Source: Selaginella moellendorffii
Taxonomy: Eukaryota > Plantae > Lycopodiophyta
NCBI RefSeq assembly: GCF_000143415.4
Contig: NW_003314312.1
Coordinates: forward strand, 1,377,713 to 1,441,712
Direction: 5' to 3'
Length of the DNA stretch: 64,000 bases
Positions 49,332 to 63,100 of this stretch are shown piece after piece. The notes under the pieces are model-generated. The model searched no databases. It worked only from the letters and a program-made list of their open reading frames with translations, and was not told where the DNA came from. Made by a program: the position numbers and the translations under genes. Each line of letters opens with the position of its first letter. Position 1 is the first letter of the stretch.

Positions 49332-52300
49332 TCAAAACACTTCTCAAGCTTCGCAACAGTAAGGCTTTCCTGGTGGATGTGATGGTCGATCTTAGGATCT
49401 CAGTTTAGTTCCTATATAAAAATGTAATAGATGTGCTTGCAGGCTAAATATACCTTTCCCCTGTTTTCCCGCTATGTAAAATCTGGACAAGTACATGATG
49501 GATTTTCGCAGATTTTGACAGTGTAGCTCGTACCCTTTGACGACTCAGTCATAATAACAAACTCCTTAGCCATAGCACTTATGTAGTTTGTCTTTGTGAT
49601 TGTGCACTTCAGCTCTTTTGCCAACTTGATCTTTACTTGTGCACCTTTTGAAATGGAAGACCTATATTGTACAGCCTTCCCATTCCTAGCTGGGCGTGTA
49701 TGCTGGTTTAGTGTTGATATTGGTGGCATAACAATATTAACAGCAACATTTGAGGAAGTCTTTAGCTTGAAACCTACTCTCTTAAGACTTTCAATCTCTT
49801 CTTTCAAAAGATTGCAGCTTCGCTTAATTGGCCACTCCTCTGGCATAGAATCTAGCTTCAAAATAATTGAGCTGTGGATCCGGTTTGTATGAGTAACATC
49901 AGTCCCACAATAGTAAATCCAACTTGACTGGCAGCCCTTTACCCCTAGATCTTGACAGCCCCAGAAACATGGTACTGTTGAAGAACTTGAACCTGAGCGC
50001 ACAAATGCGAGACACTGACCTCAACTCCCAATCATTCCGGAGCAACGTGCATTGCTCTTGGCACTGACTCTTCGAATTGCCAAGTTGATACAAGAAACTA
50101 GCTCACGAGAAATAACCTTTTCAACCTTTTGCACTGGACTTACTTGTGTAACAACTGGCACCTCCTCCACTCCATGTTCCTTAGTTCTTTTCCAGTGTCA
50201 TAGAACAGAATGGTAGTCAAACTTTGGATGGTGAGAGCTAGAAGGAGTGATGTTTGGCCCATCAAATGTTTGTCGATGCTTCATACGGGCTGTTTTCATG
50301 TCCCCAAGTGGTTTATAACTTGATTTCATAGGAGTTCTAACAACAACTTCCTCCACCATCTTAGATATTGACCCTGCTGCTGGTGTTGTCCTTCTACCAA
50401 CCCGCTCTCGAAGCCTGTCTAAGTTTGGACCTGTACCAGCAAACCTTGCTTCTTGTGCAGCCAAAGCTTTTGATGATTGCTCAAGAGATCTAGTGAGGTC
50501 AGATAGTGTAGCTTCATTGAGGGACACTTTTCCTTTCCCTACTTTGGAAGCTCTCCAACTCCAATGTTTGCTCTCAGAAAGATTAATTGTTGGTGTAAGT
50601 GCTATATCATCAAGTGATTGATCCTATGAAAAATGCAACATTTGAAAGTGATAAGAAAGAAAATGAGAGAAAACTTACATGGAGAGTATAATGACCCCAC
50701 TGAAACATTTGAACTTCCCACCATGCAAGCCAACATTCCATTTGTGGAAGTTTTTCAATTGGCACTTTGTCTCCTTCACGCCACCATATATGCATCTCAT
50801 TTGCCTTTGCCTTGTGCTCTTCTTTAGTTGGTGCATCCATCCATTCCCGACAAAGCTATTTGAACTCATGATGGAAGTTAGATTTGATGCATCGGCAATA
50901 TTCGTTGACACTCTTTGCCCAATGAAACTCACAACTCTTCTCTCTACCTTGTAACGACTGACTTTTATCACCTCCGAATACTTGTCGTACAGCCAACTAG
51001 TTAGCACTAGCAGCATTTGCCATGAAACCATGAAGTTGTTTCTTCCTGGTTCGTTGTTCAACAACTTCGGACATACATGTCCAAAAGATGGTTTGTGCTT
51101 GGAAATCTTGAACCTTGAATTTGGCTATAGCTATAGTCAAGTTGCACTGCAATCTATAGAAGGAATGGTTAAAAAATGAATAACCACTTACTTGTGATCA
51201 TAAACATGAGCTTCTATAGTTGACCAGCTTGAAACTCGTTCCATGTGGTCGAAATGGATCCAAGAATTAGCCAAGTCCCCATCTCCATCCATATCCATTC
51301 GTTGTACAAAGTCCACACCAGAAGCAAGACCAAGGGTAGACATCTTAAAGATGAAAGGGCGTTGATTGTTTGATGTCACTTGGCTAATGAACAAGCTCCC
51401 ATGAATAAACTCATAGGGATATTTTCTCTTTAGCTCCAAAATCCCATCCAATCCAGATTGAAGATTTCCATTTCGCCCTTCTCGCATCCAGTTCTTTATT
51501 CTACCAAAACAAAAAGTGTTATTAGTGATAAAGTAGAGTTAAGTACTAATTTTATACCTGTTTAAATTTGTCACGGGTTCTATATTTCGAGGTAGGTCCT
51601 TCAAGCTATTCTCCGTGAACTCTTTTTTGCTATCAGATTGTAGCAATATGTCCACCACATAGTCCTTTAGTACAAACTATTGAACACACTTTGGAGTTGC
51701 AGCACTTTTTTTCCCAACCTCTGTAGTAACAACAGCCTTCAAATTGCGAAAAGAATCATGGCAGATTCCTTCCTCTATTGCGTGTTGGTGGTATCCAACA
51801 TGCACTGCTTCTTTGCCTAAACATCCATCCCGTGGAAGAAAATAATACATTTTCGCATCGCAACATGCTTGACACATAGGTGTTGCCCCGCATTTGCAAC
51901 ATCTAAACCCTATAGCAACCTCATCACGCCTAGAGGGATTGATCACTGAGCCTTCAAAGAAATACATATTCTTGCCATGATCAGAAATGCATTTCTCACC
52001 GACACACTGAAGCTGTCCACCACAATGGACTATGGACACAAATCCGTCGAAATGAGAGAAGTGGGTTGTCTTTACTCTGCACCAATTATATGGATCAAGA
52101 CGCGTCTCCATACCCTTTTTCCTACTTGATGAACTGGTTAGTGGAAACTCAAAGAATATATTCCCATTATAGGAAGAAAGAAGCTCCTCACCTCTCATAT
52201 ACTGGAACTCCAATTCCAACCGTAATGATCGAGATTGCCGAAATGCCTTATCCACTGCTTCAAAAACTGGTCCAGAAAGAACACACCTACTTGTCTGGGA

Positions 52301-52684
52301 AGCTATGTCGGGAAGCTTATCTTCTTCATTTTCGTCACTAGAGAGAATAACAACTTCATCCTTCACTCCTTGCATAGTTAGCTGTGAAATTGATGCGCTC
52401 TCCTCTACTCGCTTCGGAGATCTTGTAATTAGAATCTCCTGACCTATACATCTATCAAGATCCCATTGAATCCCATTTTCTCCCACACCATTGTCAAGAA
52501 GAATGGATTTTTCTATTTGATTACCCTTATCATGACATACATTCTCCAAACTAACTGATTTCGGCTTCAGCTTGAATCTTCTGCAGAGGAAGCTCTCTCC
52601 TATAACACTCTTAGAAAAAACAATTGAAGGCTCTTGATTAAACTTCAAATAGAATTCTCTCATATCTTCTCCTTGCTCGAGCAC
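49332..52684 (-). pseudogene. MULE-like transposase A (GCM/WRKY-like Zn domain, DDE core, SWIM), intron-containing
   Basis: HCGGQLQC...CCKCG...CCDA...HVGYHQH; WIHFDH; EFHWAK; NLSESKH; CTCPDF...CKH. Several stops and frameshifts. Confidence 0.82.
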
Positions 52685-52929
52685 TTAGAAAAAATTTGGG
52701 GAGAAACTGACAAAAAAGAACAAAGATATTCTTTTGTATTGTGAGCATTAATTAGCTATGTCCTTGTAAAGGACAAGTTAATTATTTTAACAAATTATAT
52801 AACCGTTTAGAATCTAGAGAGATATAAGAATTTTAAAGAGCCACCCATATTAATTGTATAATTGATTGTGAGAGGAATAATATTGTTGAAATGAATATGG
52901 TTATGAGTGAGAAGCGCTAGTCAATCACA

Positions 52930-55366
52930 ATAACTGGCCGAATAGAGTTAGTGACTATTGAACTTGAGGAAAAATGGGATCCTATATGGCTGTGAAAGTC
53001 TCGTGAGTTTGATGGATTCTTAAGACAACATGTGGAGACAGCAGGGTTCATTGGAAAGCTCTTTTGGGTGATCGATGGAAACCATAGGTGGCTAGCATTT
53101 TGGAAGTGCATTCAAGAGAAGTTCCGAGATGACGAAGAACGACACATGAGTGTTTCAGTCACACTTGTCGAACCAATGACTTGGGAGTACACCGTGAAGC
53201 TCAACATGGCATGCCATAAGATCAACATGTAAGAATTTACTTTTTGTAAACTTAGCCAATATCATGTTTTTGCAGGCTAAACCAATTTGTGTTTCAAGCT
53301 CATACATTGGTACATGACATTGAGCACCTTCGGTTTATTGGCATGCTCTCACTAGAGGAGGTCCAAACATTGTACAATTGTGAGGTATTTGAAGCAATTC
53401 GAGTGAAGCTAGCAGCTAGGAAAGGCCAAGAATTGCAGACTTGGTACCAGCTGCCACTTGATTTTCTAGTTGTTGTCTGGGCGAAGGTAAATTAGTATTG
53501 AAGTATGTATCAACTTACATAATGTTTCTTGCAGCCCATAATCAAAGGAGAAAGAGCGTCATTCTTTAAAAATGCCCAAGGGGACGAGTAGTAAAAGGAG
53601 ATGGAGTGGCATGCGATTGAGTAGCAAATTTTGAATACGAAGAGAACAAAGGTGAAAAAGTTGCTCTTGATTGTAGACATACGATGCAGGCAGGAATGGC
53701 TTGATAGCATTGTGGAGATTTGTTCTCGCGTTTATAAGTTCTTCTAAAATTTGTGAAACACTTCATAACTCTTTGTGTGTGTAGGAATTGGTAAAGCACC
53801 GGAGGAACTCATTTACAACATCTCCAAGAGTAAAATGTCCTTTGCTGAACAAAGCGTGTGCTTGGACTTTCTCAACACTTGGCTGCGAAACAACGAAAAA
53901 CATTGTGAGATAAGGATGGAGAAGATGATGAAGGAGAAGGCGTACATTTCTCAGAGTATTGTTGTTGGTGAGGAGATGCTACAAGTTTGGGATGAGAAGT
54001 TTCTTTCCAGCACCTGCACAGGTATCACTCTCGAAGAATATATTCGTGTTTGTCTTGTGGAGCTAGGGAATGGTTGGCTTCCACGTGGTGGGATGAGTTC
54101 GGCTGAGTTCAAGAACCAACCAGGACAACCATTTCTTGCGAGGTGCATGGTTTATAGGTATTTTCTCAATTCTCATTTATATATTGGTATTTATATATTT
54201 ATTTTACTTTGTAGATATTTAAAATATTGCCCCGGTGCACTGGTATACACAACTGGTGTTTTGCAGAAGCTCTTGACTAGAGGCAAGAAGTTTGGGATGT
54301 ATGAGCCAGAGTTCTACTGTCCTTGTACACATGAGAGGGAGCTATGCCAATGGTACCTTGAACTCATGGAGCAGATGCCGACATCAGACTTCACGCTAGA
54401 TCTCTACCTTGAATGTCATCCAGGTTCATTTGAAACTCAGCACTTGGCTAGGAAATATTAACCTTGAGTTATATTCTTATTTTCCAGAGGCTCTTTCTAA
54501 CTATGATAACGATGTTGTTGAAGTTCAATAACTACACCCAGGAGTCCACACTCAGGAAACCATTCAGGAGATGCCAAATCCAAATACCATTGAACCAGAG
54601 GAAACTGTACAGGAAATTCCACCACAAGAGATTCCAGTACCTGCTCCTCGTAACCCCCAAAGGGGCCGTTGTGAAGCCTTTTATGAGAGTAAGGACTTTG
54701 ATTTGGAACATTCTTTTATTCATTCTTGACTTCACTTTTTTCTTATAGATGTTGCAGAGAGCAGCCATCAGTCTTCTCGGCAGACTAAGACATTCTTCCC
54801 ATCCCTCCCTATGGCTACAGACGACGACTTAGAAGAGCTCTCCTCAGCAGCTATGCATAAACAGGTTAGTAAGCATGAATTTTATTTCCAACTTTTAGTT
54901 CTAATAGTTGATTTTCAGGTTCGCCCTCTATCCCCAATGGCCAGTGTTGGGGAAGTTGTTGTTCTCATTGGGGATTACACACAGCTTTTAGATGCTACTA
55001 GTCGGGAGATCTACATGCTTGATCGGTGGATCCATGGTCTGGGTCAGCTCACACCTTATGGGAAGATCGATTTCATCTTTTTCAATCTTCCCAATGGGAT
55101 ACCACCACCGTAGGGGGATACTCCGTCATGGAATGTGTTGTAGGCCCAACACATTTCCCAAGCCTTAAAGGTTGCGAGTAGCTTCATGACATATGAGGGT
55201 GTGGTTGTCATGATCCTTCCCCACTCTCTAATGTGGGAAGGCCTTCTTGCACACTTGGCTGATAACAATGATGGATTTGTTGAGTTTTCATTTGGCTGCC
55301 TTCTTTTGAGTATGGCAGTGGACACAAAAGGCACTAGTGGGCAAAAGCGAAAGGCAAAAAAATTCG
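52930..55366 (+). pseudogene. ParB/Srx-like domain plus N-terminal half of a beta-class amino-methyltransferase (copy A), truncated at both ends
   Basis: FWVIDGNHRWLAF (ORF 53032-53232); IDFIFFNLPNG (54811-55113); MTYEGVVVMILP (55186-55371). The pieces are linked by short GT-AG introns. Confidence 0.7.
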
Positions 55367-55384
55367 ACTAAAAAAAAACTAAAC

Positions 55385-58300
55385 TTAGTCTTCCTCGACA
55401 TCCACATCCACAAAAGGAGGAGTTTATATAGTATTATGCTCTCTAACTATGGGCTTTTCTTGTATATGAGTTTGTGCCATTGCTTCTGTATAACATGGCA
55501 AATGATAGCCCACATCATTGATCCACCTAATATACATAACCATGATGGAATTATTATAAGGAGAAATTTATACTTTATTATCACCTGTTATGAAATGTCC
55601 CAAGAACACCTTCAAATGCACTCTCCTTCTTTAGTGCAAAAACTGCATGCCTAATCTTTTTAGCTGCTAGCACCATCGAACCAAAACCTAGTGTAGCATC
55701 AAGCACAATCCCCTTAGGAAGACAAAACAACTCTAGAAGGATTTGCATGGCCTTTGGTGAACGGTGTTGATAGCCAGGGAATTCTATATGATAGTCCTTG
55801 TTGATGACATTCGGAATGATATCTGTTGAGCTATCATATCTTGGCAATGCCAAACCTGCACACTCATCAGCTCGTGTAATACTATGATGGCAAGAGTAGC
55901 GGCAGAGAGCATGGTAGTTCCATGCTAAAACCTACAATGAAAAGAGGCAATCAATTTAAGATATTGAAAATAAGGAAATGCAAACCTTTTGGATTCGGCC
56001 ACCAGCTCCTTTTGTTTTGACTGAGATGTTTGAGAGTAGGTAGCCTGATGCAAACTCAACAATCTAGAGTCATTATTCTCCGCCATTGTTGCAAGAAGAC
56101 CTCCCCAAAATAAAGAACAGGGAAGAATGACTAGCATAATGCCCTCGTATTGCAACACCTTGGATGCCACATCCACTGCTTGAGAAATATGGTCCGGCCG
56201 AAGGATGTTCCAGGATGGAGTGTCACCTTGTAAAGGTGGTAACCCATCAGGCAAGTCGAAGAATGCGAGGTTGATGCTGAAAGTATTGTTCATTCCCAAT
56301 CCTTGCATCCATCGATGGAACATAGAAGACTCTCGGCTCACGTTGTTGGAAAGCTGAAAGTAGTCCCCAATAACTATTTCTATGTTGCCAACACTTCCTG
56401 TAGGAGAAAGAGGGCAAACCTGAATAGTGTTCAAAACCGGGAAATATTAAAGTTAATACATGTTTGTTTTCATACCTGTTTATGTGAAGCTGATGAAGAT
56501 AACTCTTGGAGGTCATCCTCTGTAGCAATGGGGAGGGATGGAAAGAATGCATTTGTACGTCGATGTATAGAGTGCTAGCTAGTTTCTTTGACATCTACAA
56601 CAAAATTACAATAAGCAAGGTCATTGGATATCAAGTTCTTACTCTCTTGGACGTCCTCACTATGGAGTTGCCTTCGTACATTTCGAGCAGTCGGGGCTGG
56701 ACGAGCAGTGGCAATAGGATCTGGGGAATGAGCAACTGTTGTAGGATGAGATGGGGCAGGAGAATTTTCAGTCGGGTTCTCCACTCGTTTGTCTTCGGTC
56801 TGCTCAATATGAATCTCATCCCTGTCTTGAGGCACTCCCTCCAAAAGTGCCTCTACAATAAATTAGAAACATAAGTTACTACTAGGAAATTGTACTCATC
56901 AAACCTAGATGACACTCAAGGTAGAGATCAAGCTCAAAAGGTGACGATGGCATTTGCCTCCACAACTCCAAGTACCATGGACAAAGTTCTCTCTCCTGCG
57001 TAGTGGAACACTGGAACTTTGGCTCATATATGCCAAGTTTCTTCCCACCAATTAAGAGCTTGAGAAAAACACTTGTTGTGTACACTAGAGCACCTGGGCA
57101 ATGATTGAAATACCTACAAAAGAGCCATGATGAAATAAACAAGTCAATTTCTTGCAATATACCTATATGCCATGTGGCACGAGAAAAATGGTTGGCCCGG
57201 CTAGTTCTTGAAATCTATAGAGCTTGAGTTGCCATCAGGAAGCCATCCATCCCCAAGCTCTTGAAGGGAAGCTCAGACATATTCTGGAAGTGTTATGCTG
57301 GTGCAGGCACTAGTAAGGAACTTCATAATTGTCAAGGCGGAGCAAAACTCATATTTGAAGATTACGCAAGTGATCGATGAGGTGTAAAAGAACCTTGAAC
57401 TACGACAAATTGAGCAGCACATTTTGAACTTGAAGAAATCAAAGGTGAAGAAGCTACTTGCAATTGCAAATATTTGCCACGATAAAGATTGGTTGGATTG
57501 CATTGTAGAGATATGCTCTCATGGTAGTAAGTTAGTCCCTTTTATCTTTCTCATTCCACTTTGAAATCTTTGTCCTTGCAGGAAATGGTAAATCACCTGA
57601 AGAATTGATCTATAACATCGCAAAAAGTGAGCTCTCCTTCAACGAACAAACCTTTTGCTTGGAACTCCTTAACACTTGGCATCGTAACAATGATAAGAGG
57701 TTGGAAAGCAAATTTGAGAATGTGATGAAGGAGATGCTCTATATCACTCAGAGTATTGCAGATGCTAAGGAGCTACTTCAAGTATGGGATGGCTAAAAGG
57801 AAAACTTGTGAGTAGAAAACACAAGTTCATGCAAGAAAAGGATACCTTTGCCCAGACCGCAACCAAAAAATCCATAGACACCTCTTGTAAGTAAGTACCA
57901 AGTAAGCAACTCTTGGCCTTTACATGCTACAAGCTTTGCTTGAACCGCTTCCATAACTTCACGAATATACAGCATTTGGATTTTGTGGAGAGAAAGCATG
58001 CCGACATATCGAAGGTGCTCGATATCATGGACAAAGGTATGTACTTGGAAACCAAACTGATTAAGCCTATAACATAGTTGGTGAGAACAAAGGTTACAAG
58101 TAAAAGATTCTTACATGTTGATCTTGTGACATGCCAAGTTGAGCCTCACAACTTGGTTTCAATCCTGTGGCCCCACAAGCATCACTGGAACACAAATATA
58201 TTACTCGTCATCATCTTGGAACTTCTTTTGGACACACCTCCAAAACACAAGCCACCGGTGGTTTCCATCAATAATGAAGAACATTCGGCCTACAAAGGCT

Positions 58301-59097
58301 TGTGTCTCCTTGTGGCACACCATCAAAGTATCAAACTCTTGAGATTTCCTCTACCATATTTGATCCCAAGTCTGCTCAATCTCGTGAGTAACCATATCTA
58401 TGCGATTTGTTCAGGGGAATGATGACGACACAATAAATGATCCAGCAGTGTGCCCGAATCCAACCTCTATGAAAGAGATATAAATAGCCATGTTGAGGTC
58501 GTAGGCTGAGCGCACCCAGTGACTCTGCTTAAGACAGCAAAGTGGAATCTCAAGATGTTGGGATCCTTTCTAAGCCATTTCACCTAACACCCTGCTGATA
58601 GTTCATTCTTGAGTCTGGACAATAGTCTCGTGTACTTGCTCATTCAAGATCGTGTTGGCCTCTAGCATAGTTACCACCTCATTTCTATGACCTTTAGGAG
58701 CAGCAGCATGTCCACCATTTCCACCACCAAGATTTGCCCCACCATCTATAGCACTAGGTGCCTCATTTCTACCACCAAGTTTTGCACCATCACCACTAGC
58801 AGCTTCTCCTGTGCTATAGCTAGCTTCTGCATTTCCATGCTCTCTAGAACCATCTGGCTCCTGCATGCTAACACCTGGATCAGGATCAACTATTACTTGG
58901 ATCTGGACACCACTGCTCCCACCATGATCTTCCTCCGAAGCAGCACTTTGAACTTGTGAGGTGTCCCTAGTGAATCTAGCACAACGATCTGTCATTTTCC
59001 TGGAGAACGGGTCTATTGAGGTTGACTGGCACGCTTCTTCTGTTGTGGCATGATTTATATATCTGCATGAAAATGACAAATAAACTTGAATAAACAT
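55385..59097 (-). pseudogene. ParB/Srx-like plus beta-class DNA amino-methyltransferase gene (copy B), most complete copy, with stops and an internal inversion
   Basis: FIIDGNHRWLVFW near 58240-58280; INLAFFDLPDG and KVLQYEGIMLVILP (ORF 55925-56434); YQHRSPKAMQILLELFCLPKGIVLDATLGFGSMVLAAKKIRHAVFALK (55581-55853). Confidence 0.75.
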
Positions 59098-59111
59098 TAA
59101 AAAAACTGTGA

Positions 59112-59585
59112 AGCAGTTCCCTTGGCACTAGGAAGATCAATTCATCACCAAACCGATCTTCTCAGTGTCAAGGGAACAAAAAAAAGAAGAAAAGAAGCAG
59201 TTCCCTTGGTGCTGGGAAGATCGGTTCGTCACTGAACCAATCTTCTCAACGCCAAGGGAACAAAAAATAGAAGAAAAGAAGTAGTTCCCTTGGCATAGGA
59301 AGATTGGTTCGTTGCCAAACCGATCTTTTCAGCGCCAAGGGAAAAAAAAAGAAGAAAAGAAGCAGTTCCCTTGGCACTGGGAAGATCGGTTCATCACCGA
59401 ACCAATCTTCTCAGCCCCAATGGAACGACAAGAAACAAAAAAAAACCCAGAACCTGATGTGCTGGGAAGATCGGTTCGTCGTTGAACCGATCTTCTCAGC
59501 ACCAATGGAATGACAAGAAAAAAGAAAACCCAGAATCTGATGTGCTGGGAAGATCGGCTCGCTGCCGAACCGATCATTCCAGCGC
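59112..59585. repeat. Tandem array of six palindromic units (about 81-85 bp period) with A-rich linkers
   Basis: Core GCTGGGAAGATCGGTTC-N6-GAACCGATCTTCTCAGC; units 1-3 extend the stem with GTTCCCTTGG/CCAAGGGAAC. Confidence 0.9.
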
Positions 59586-59792
59586 AAAGTAGCCATGAGG
59601 CGCAAGTTACTTGCTAGGAGTAAAAGATGGGGAGATGAAAAAGCAGCAAAGAGAAGCATAACTTGATTGAGGAGTGTCTTTCTAGTGTCTTGAAGAGCAT
59701 CTAGCATCCTGTTTGAGAAGCATCTTGAAGCATTCAAGTGTTTTTCTCTTGCCCTTCCTTGCTCAAACCCTAGCAGTAAAACCCTAAAAATT

Positions 59793-59846
59793 AACGGTCA
59801 CGATCAATGGTCACTATCAACAGTCACAATCAACTGTCACGATCAA
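59793..59846. repeat. Four 13-bp tandem repeats next to AAACCCTA motifs in the divergent intergenic region
   Basis: AACGGTCACGATC AATGGTCACTATC AACAGTCACAATC AACTGTCACGATC; AAACCCTA near 59765 and 59779. Confidence 0.7.
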
Positions 59847-60165
59847 TTTTTTAACAGTACTTGGATATATTTATAGGACAAATCCACTAAGGAGAACAAG
59901 CAATTAATGTTACAACTCTCGTGATTAATCAGCGCCTCTCACTCATAACCCCAATCATTTCAACAGTATTATTCCTCTCACAATCAATTATACAATTAAT
60001 ATGGGTGGCTTTTTAACATTCTCATATATCTCTAGATTCTAAACGGTTGTATATTTTGTTAAAATCTTTAACTTGTCCTTTGCAAGGACACAGCTAATTA
60101 AAGCTCACAATACAAAAGAATATCTTTGTTCTTTTTTGTCAGTTTCTCCCTAAATTTTTTCTAAG

Positions 60166-63100
60166 TGCTCGAGCAAGGAGAAGATATGAGAGAATTCTAC
60201 TTGAAGTTTGATCAAGAGCCTCTAATTGTTTTCTCTAAGAATGTTATAGGAGAGAGCTTCCTCTACAGAAGATTCAAGTTGAAGCCGAGATCAGTTAGTT
60301 TGAGAATGTATGTCGGGATAAGGGTAATCAGATAGAAAAATCCATTCTTCTCAACAGTGGTGTGGGAGAGAATGGGATTCAGTGGGATCTTGATAGATGT
60401 ACAGGTCAGGAGATTCTAGTTACAAGATCTCCAAAGCGAGCACAGGAGAGTGCATCAATTTCACAGCCAACTGTGCAAGGAGTGAAGGATGAAGTTGTTA
60501 TTCTCTCCAGTGATAAAAGTGAAAAAGATGAACTTCCCAACATAGCTTCTCAAATAAGTAGGTGTGTTCCTTCTGGACTAGTTTTTGAAGTGGTGGATAA
60601 AGCATTTCGGCAATCTCAATCATTATGGTTGGAATTGAAGGAGTTCCAGTACATGAGAGGTGAAGAGCTTCCGTCTTCCTATAATGGGAATATATTCTTC
60701 AAATTTCCACTGGCCAATTTGTCAAGCAGGAAGAGGGGCATGGAGACACGTCTTGATCCACATAATTGTTGCAGAGTAAAGACAACCCACTTCCCCCATT
60801 TCAACAGATTTGTGTCTATAGTCCATTGTGGTGGACAGCTTCAATATGTCGCTGAGAAATGCATTTTTGATCATGGCAAGAATATGTGTTTCTTTGAAGG
60901 CTCAACGATCAATCCCCCTAGGCGTCATGAGGTTGCTACAGGGTTTAGATGTTGCAAATGCGGGGCAACACCTGTTTGTCAAGCATGTTGCGATGCAAAA
61001 ATGTATTATTTTCTTCCACAAGATGGATGTTTAGGCAGAGCAGCAGTGCATGTTGGATACCACCAACACACAATAGAGGAAGGAATCTGCCGTGATTCTT
61101 TTCGCAATTTGAAGGCTGTTGTTACTACAGAGGCTAGGAAGAAAAGTGCTGCAACTCCAAAGTGTGTTCAATAGTTTGTACTAAAGGACTATGTGGTGGA
61201 CACGTTGCTACAAACTGATGGCAAAAAAGAGTTCACGGAGAACAACTTGAAGAAGTTTCTTCAAAATATAGAACCCGTGACAAATTTAAACATGTATAAG
61301 TTAATATTTAACTCTACTTATCACTAAAAACACTCTTTTTTTAGCAGAATAAAGAACTGGATGCGAGAAGGGTGAGATGGAAAGCTTCAATTTAGATTAA
61401 ATGCAATTTTGGAGTTGAAAAGAAAATGTCTCTATGAATTTATTCATGGGAGTTTGTTCGTTAGCCAAGTGACTTCGAATAGTCAACACCCTTTCATCTT
61501 TAAAATGTCCACCCTTGGTCTTGCTTCTGGTGTGGACCTTGTATAACGAATGGATATAAATGGAGATGGTGACTTGGCTAATTCCTGGATCCATTTCAAC
61601 CATATGGAATGAGTTTCAGGCTAGTCAACAATGGGAGCTCATGTTTATGATCACAAGTAAGTGGTTATTCATTTTTTAAGGATCCATACCGATTTACATT
61701 ATAACCATTCCTTTTATAGGTTGCAATGCAATTTGATTATAGTTATAGCTGAATTCAAGGTTCAAGATTTCCAAGCACAAACCATTTTTTGGACATATAT
61801 GTTCGAGGTTGTTAAACAGCGAACCGGGAAGAAACCCAACTTCTGTGGTTTCATGGCAGATGTTGCTAGTGCTAACTGGTTGGCTGTACGACAAGTATTT
61901 GGAGGTGATAAAATTCAGCCATTACAAGGTAGAGAGAAGACTTGTGAGTTTCATTGGGCAAAGAGCGTCAATGAACATTGCCGATGCATCAAGTCTAGCT
62001 TCCATCACGAGTTCAAACAACTTTGTCAGGAATGGATGGATGCACCAACTAAAGAGGAGCACGAGGCAAAAGCAAATGAGATGTGTATATGGTGGTGTGA
62101 AAGAGACAAAATGCCAATTGAACACCTTCCACAAATAGAGTGTTGGCTTGCATGGTGGGAAGTTCGAATGTTTCAGTGAGGCCATTATATTCTCCATGTA
62201 AGTTTTCTCTCATTTTCTTTTTTTGTCACATTCAAATGTTGCATTTTTCCTAGGATCAACCACTTTATGACATTGCATTTACACTAACAATTAATCTCTC
62301 TGAGAGCAAACATTGGAGTTGGAGAGCTTCTGAAGCAGAGAAAGGAAAAGTGTCCCTATATGAAGCTACACTCTTCGACCTCACTAGATCTCTTGAGTAG
62401 TCATCAAAAGCTTTGGCTGCACAGGAAGAAAGGTTTGATGGTACAAGTCCAAACTTAGACAAGCTTCGAGAGCAAGTTGGTAGAAGGACAACACCAGTAG
62501 CATGGTCAATATCTAAGATGGTGGGGGAAGTTGTTACTGAAACTCCTACAAAATCAAATTATGAACCACTTGGGGACATGAGGACAGTCCTTTTGAAGCA
62601 TCAACAGACATTTGATGAGCCCAACATCACTCCTTCTAGCTCTCCAGAGCTTGATTACCATTCTGTTCCACAACACCAGAGAAGAACTAAGGAACATGGA
62701 GTGGAGGAGGTGCCAGTTGTTACTGAAGTAAATCCAGTGCCAGAGGTTGAGAAGATTATTGCTCGTGAGCAGTTTCTCATATCAACTGGGCAATTTGAAG
62801 AGTCAATGCTAAGAGTAATGTGCGTTGCTCTGGAATGATTGGGAGTCGAGGTCAGTGTCTTGCATTTGTGTGCTCAGATTGAAATTCTTCAACAGTACCA
62901 TGTTTCTGGGGTTGTCAAGATCTAGGGGTAAAGGGCTGCCAGTCAAGTTGGATTTACTATTGTGGGACTGATGTTACTCATACAAACCGGATCAAAAGTT
63001 CAATTATCTTGAAGCCAAATTCTATGTCAGAGGAGTGGCCAGTTGAGTGAAGCTGCAATGTTTTAAAAGAAGAGATTGAAAGTCTAGAGAGAGCTGGTTT

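Larger units (their letters stand above)
49157..55366. mobile_element. MULE-like element copy A: terminus, transposase (-), and divergent ParB-MTase gene (+)
   Basis: Terminus GGGTAGGTTTTGAGCTCATGAGCTGAGCTCAC; see component genes. The right boundary is a truncation. Confidence 0.75.

Noticed and set aside
49157-52684. Helitron/Replitron (HUH) or CACTA identity for the SWIM-containing element
   Set aside because: No HUH/Y2, helicase or CACTA termini. The FDH...FMAD...CxFH...E pattern with SWIM fits a Mutator-type DDE transposase.
59112-59585. CRISPR-like repeat-spacer appearance
   Set aside because: The linkers are similar A-rich sequences rather than unique spacers, the repeats are too long, there are no cas genes, and the context is eukaryotic.
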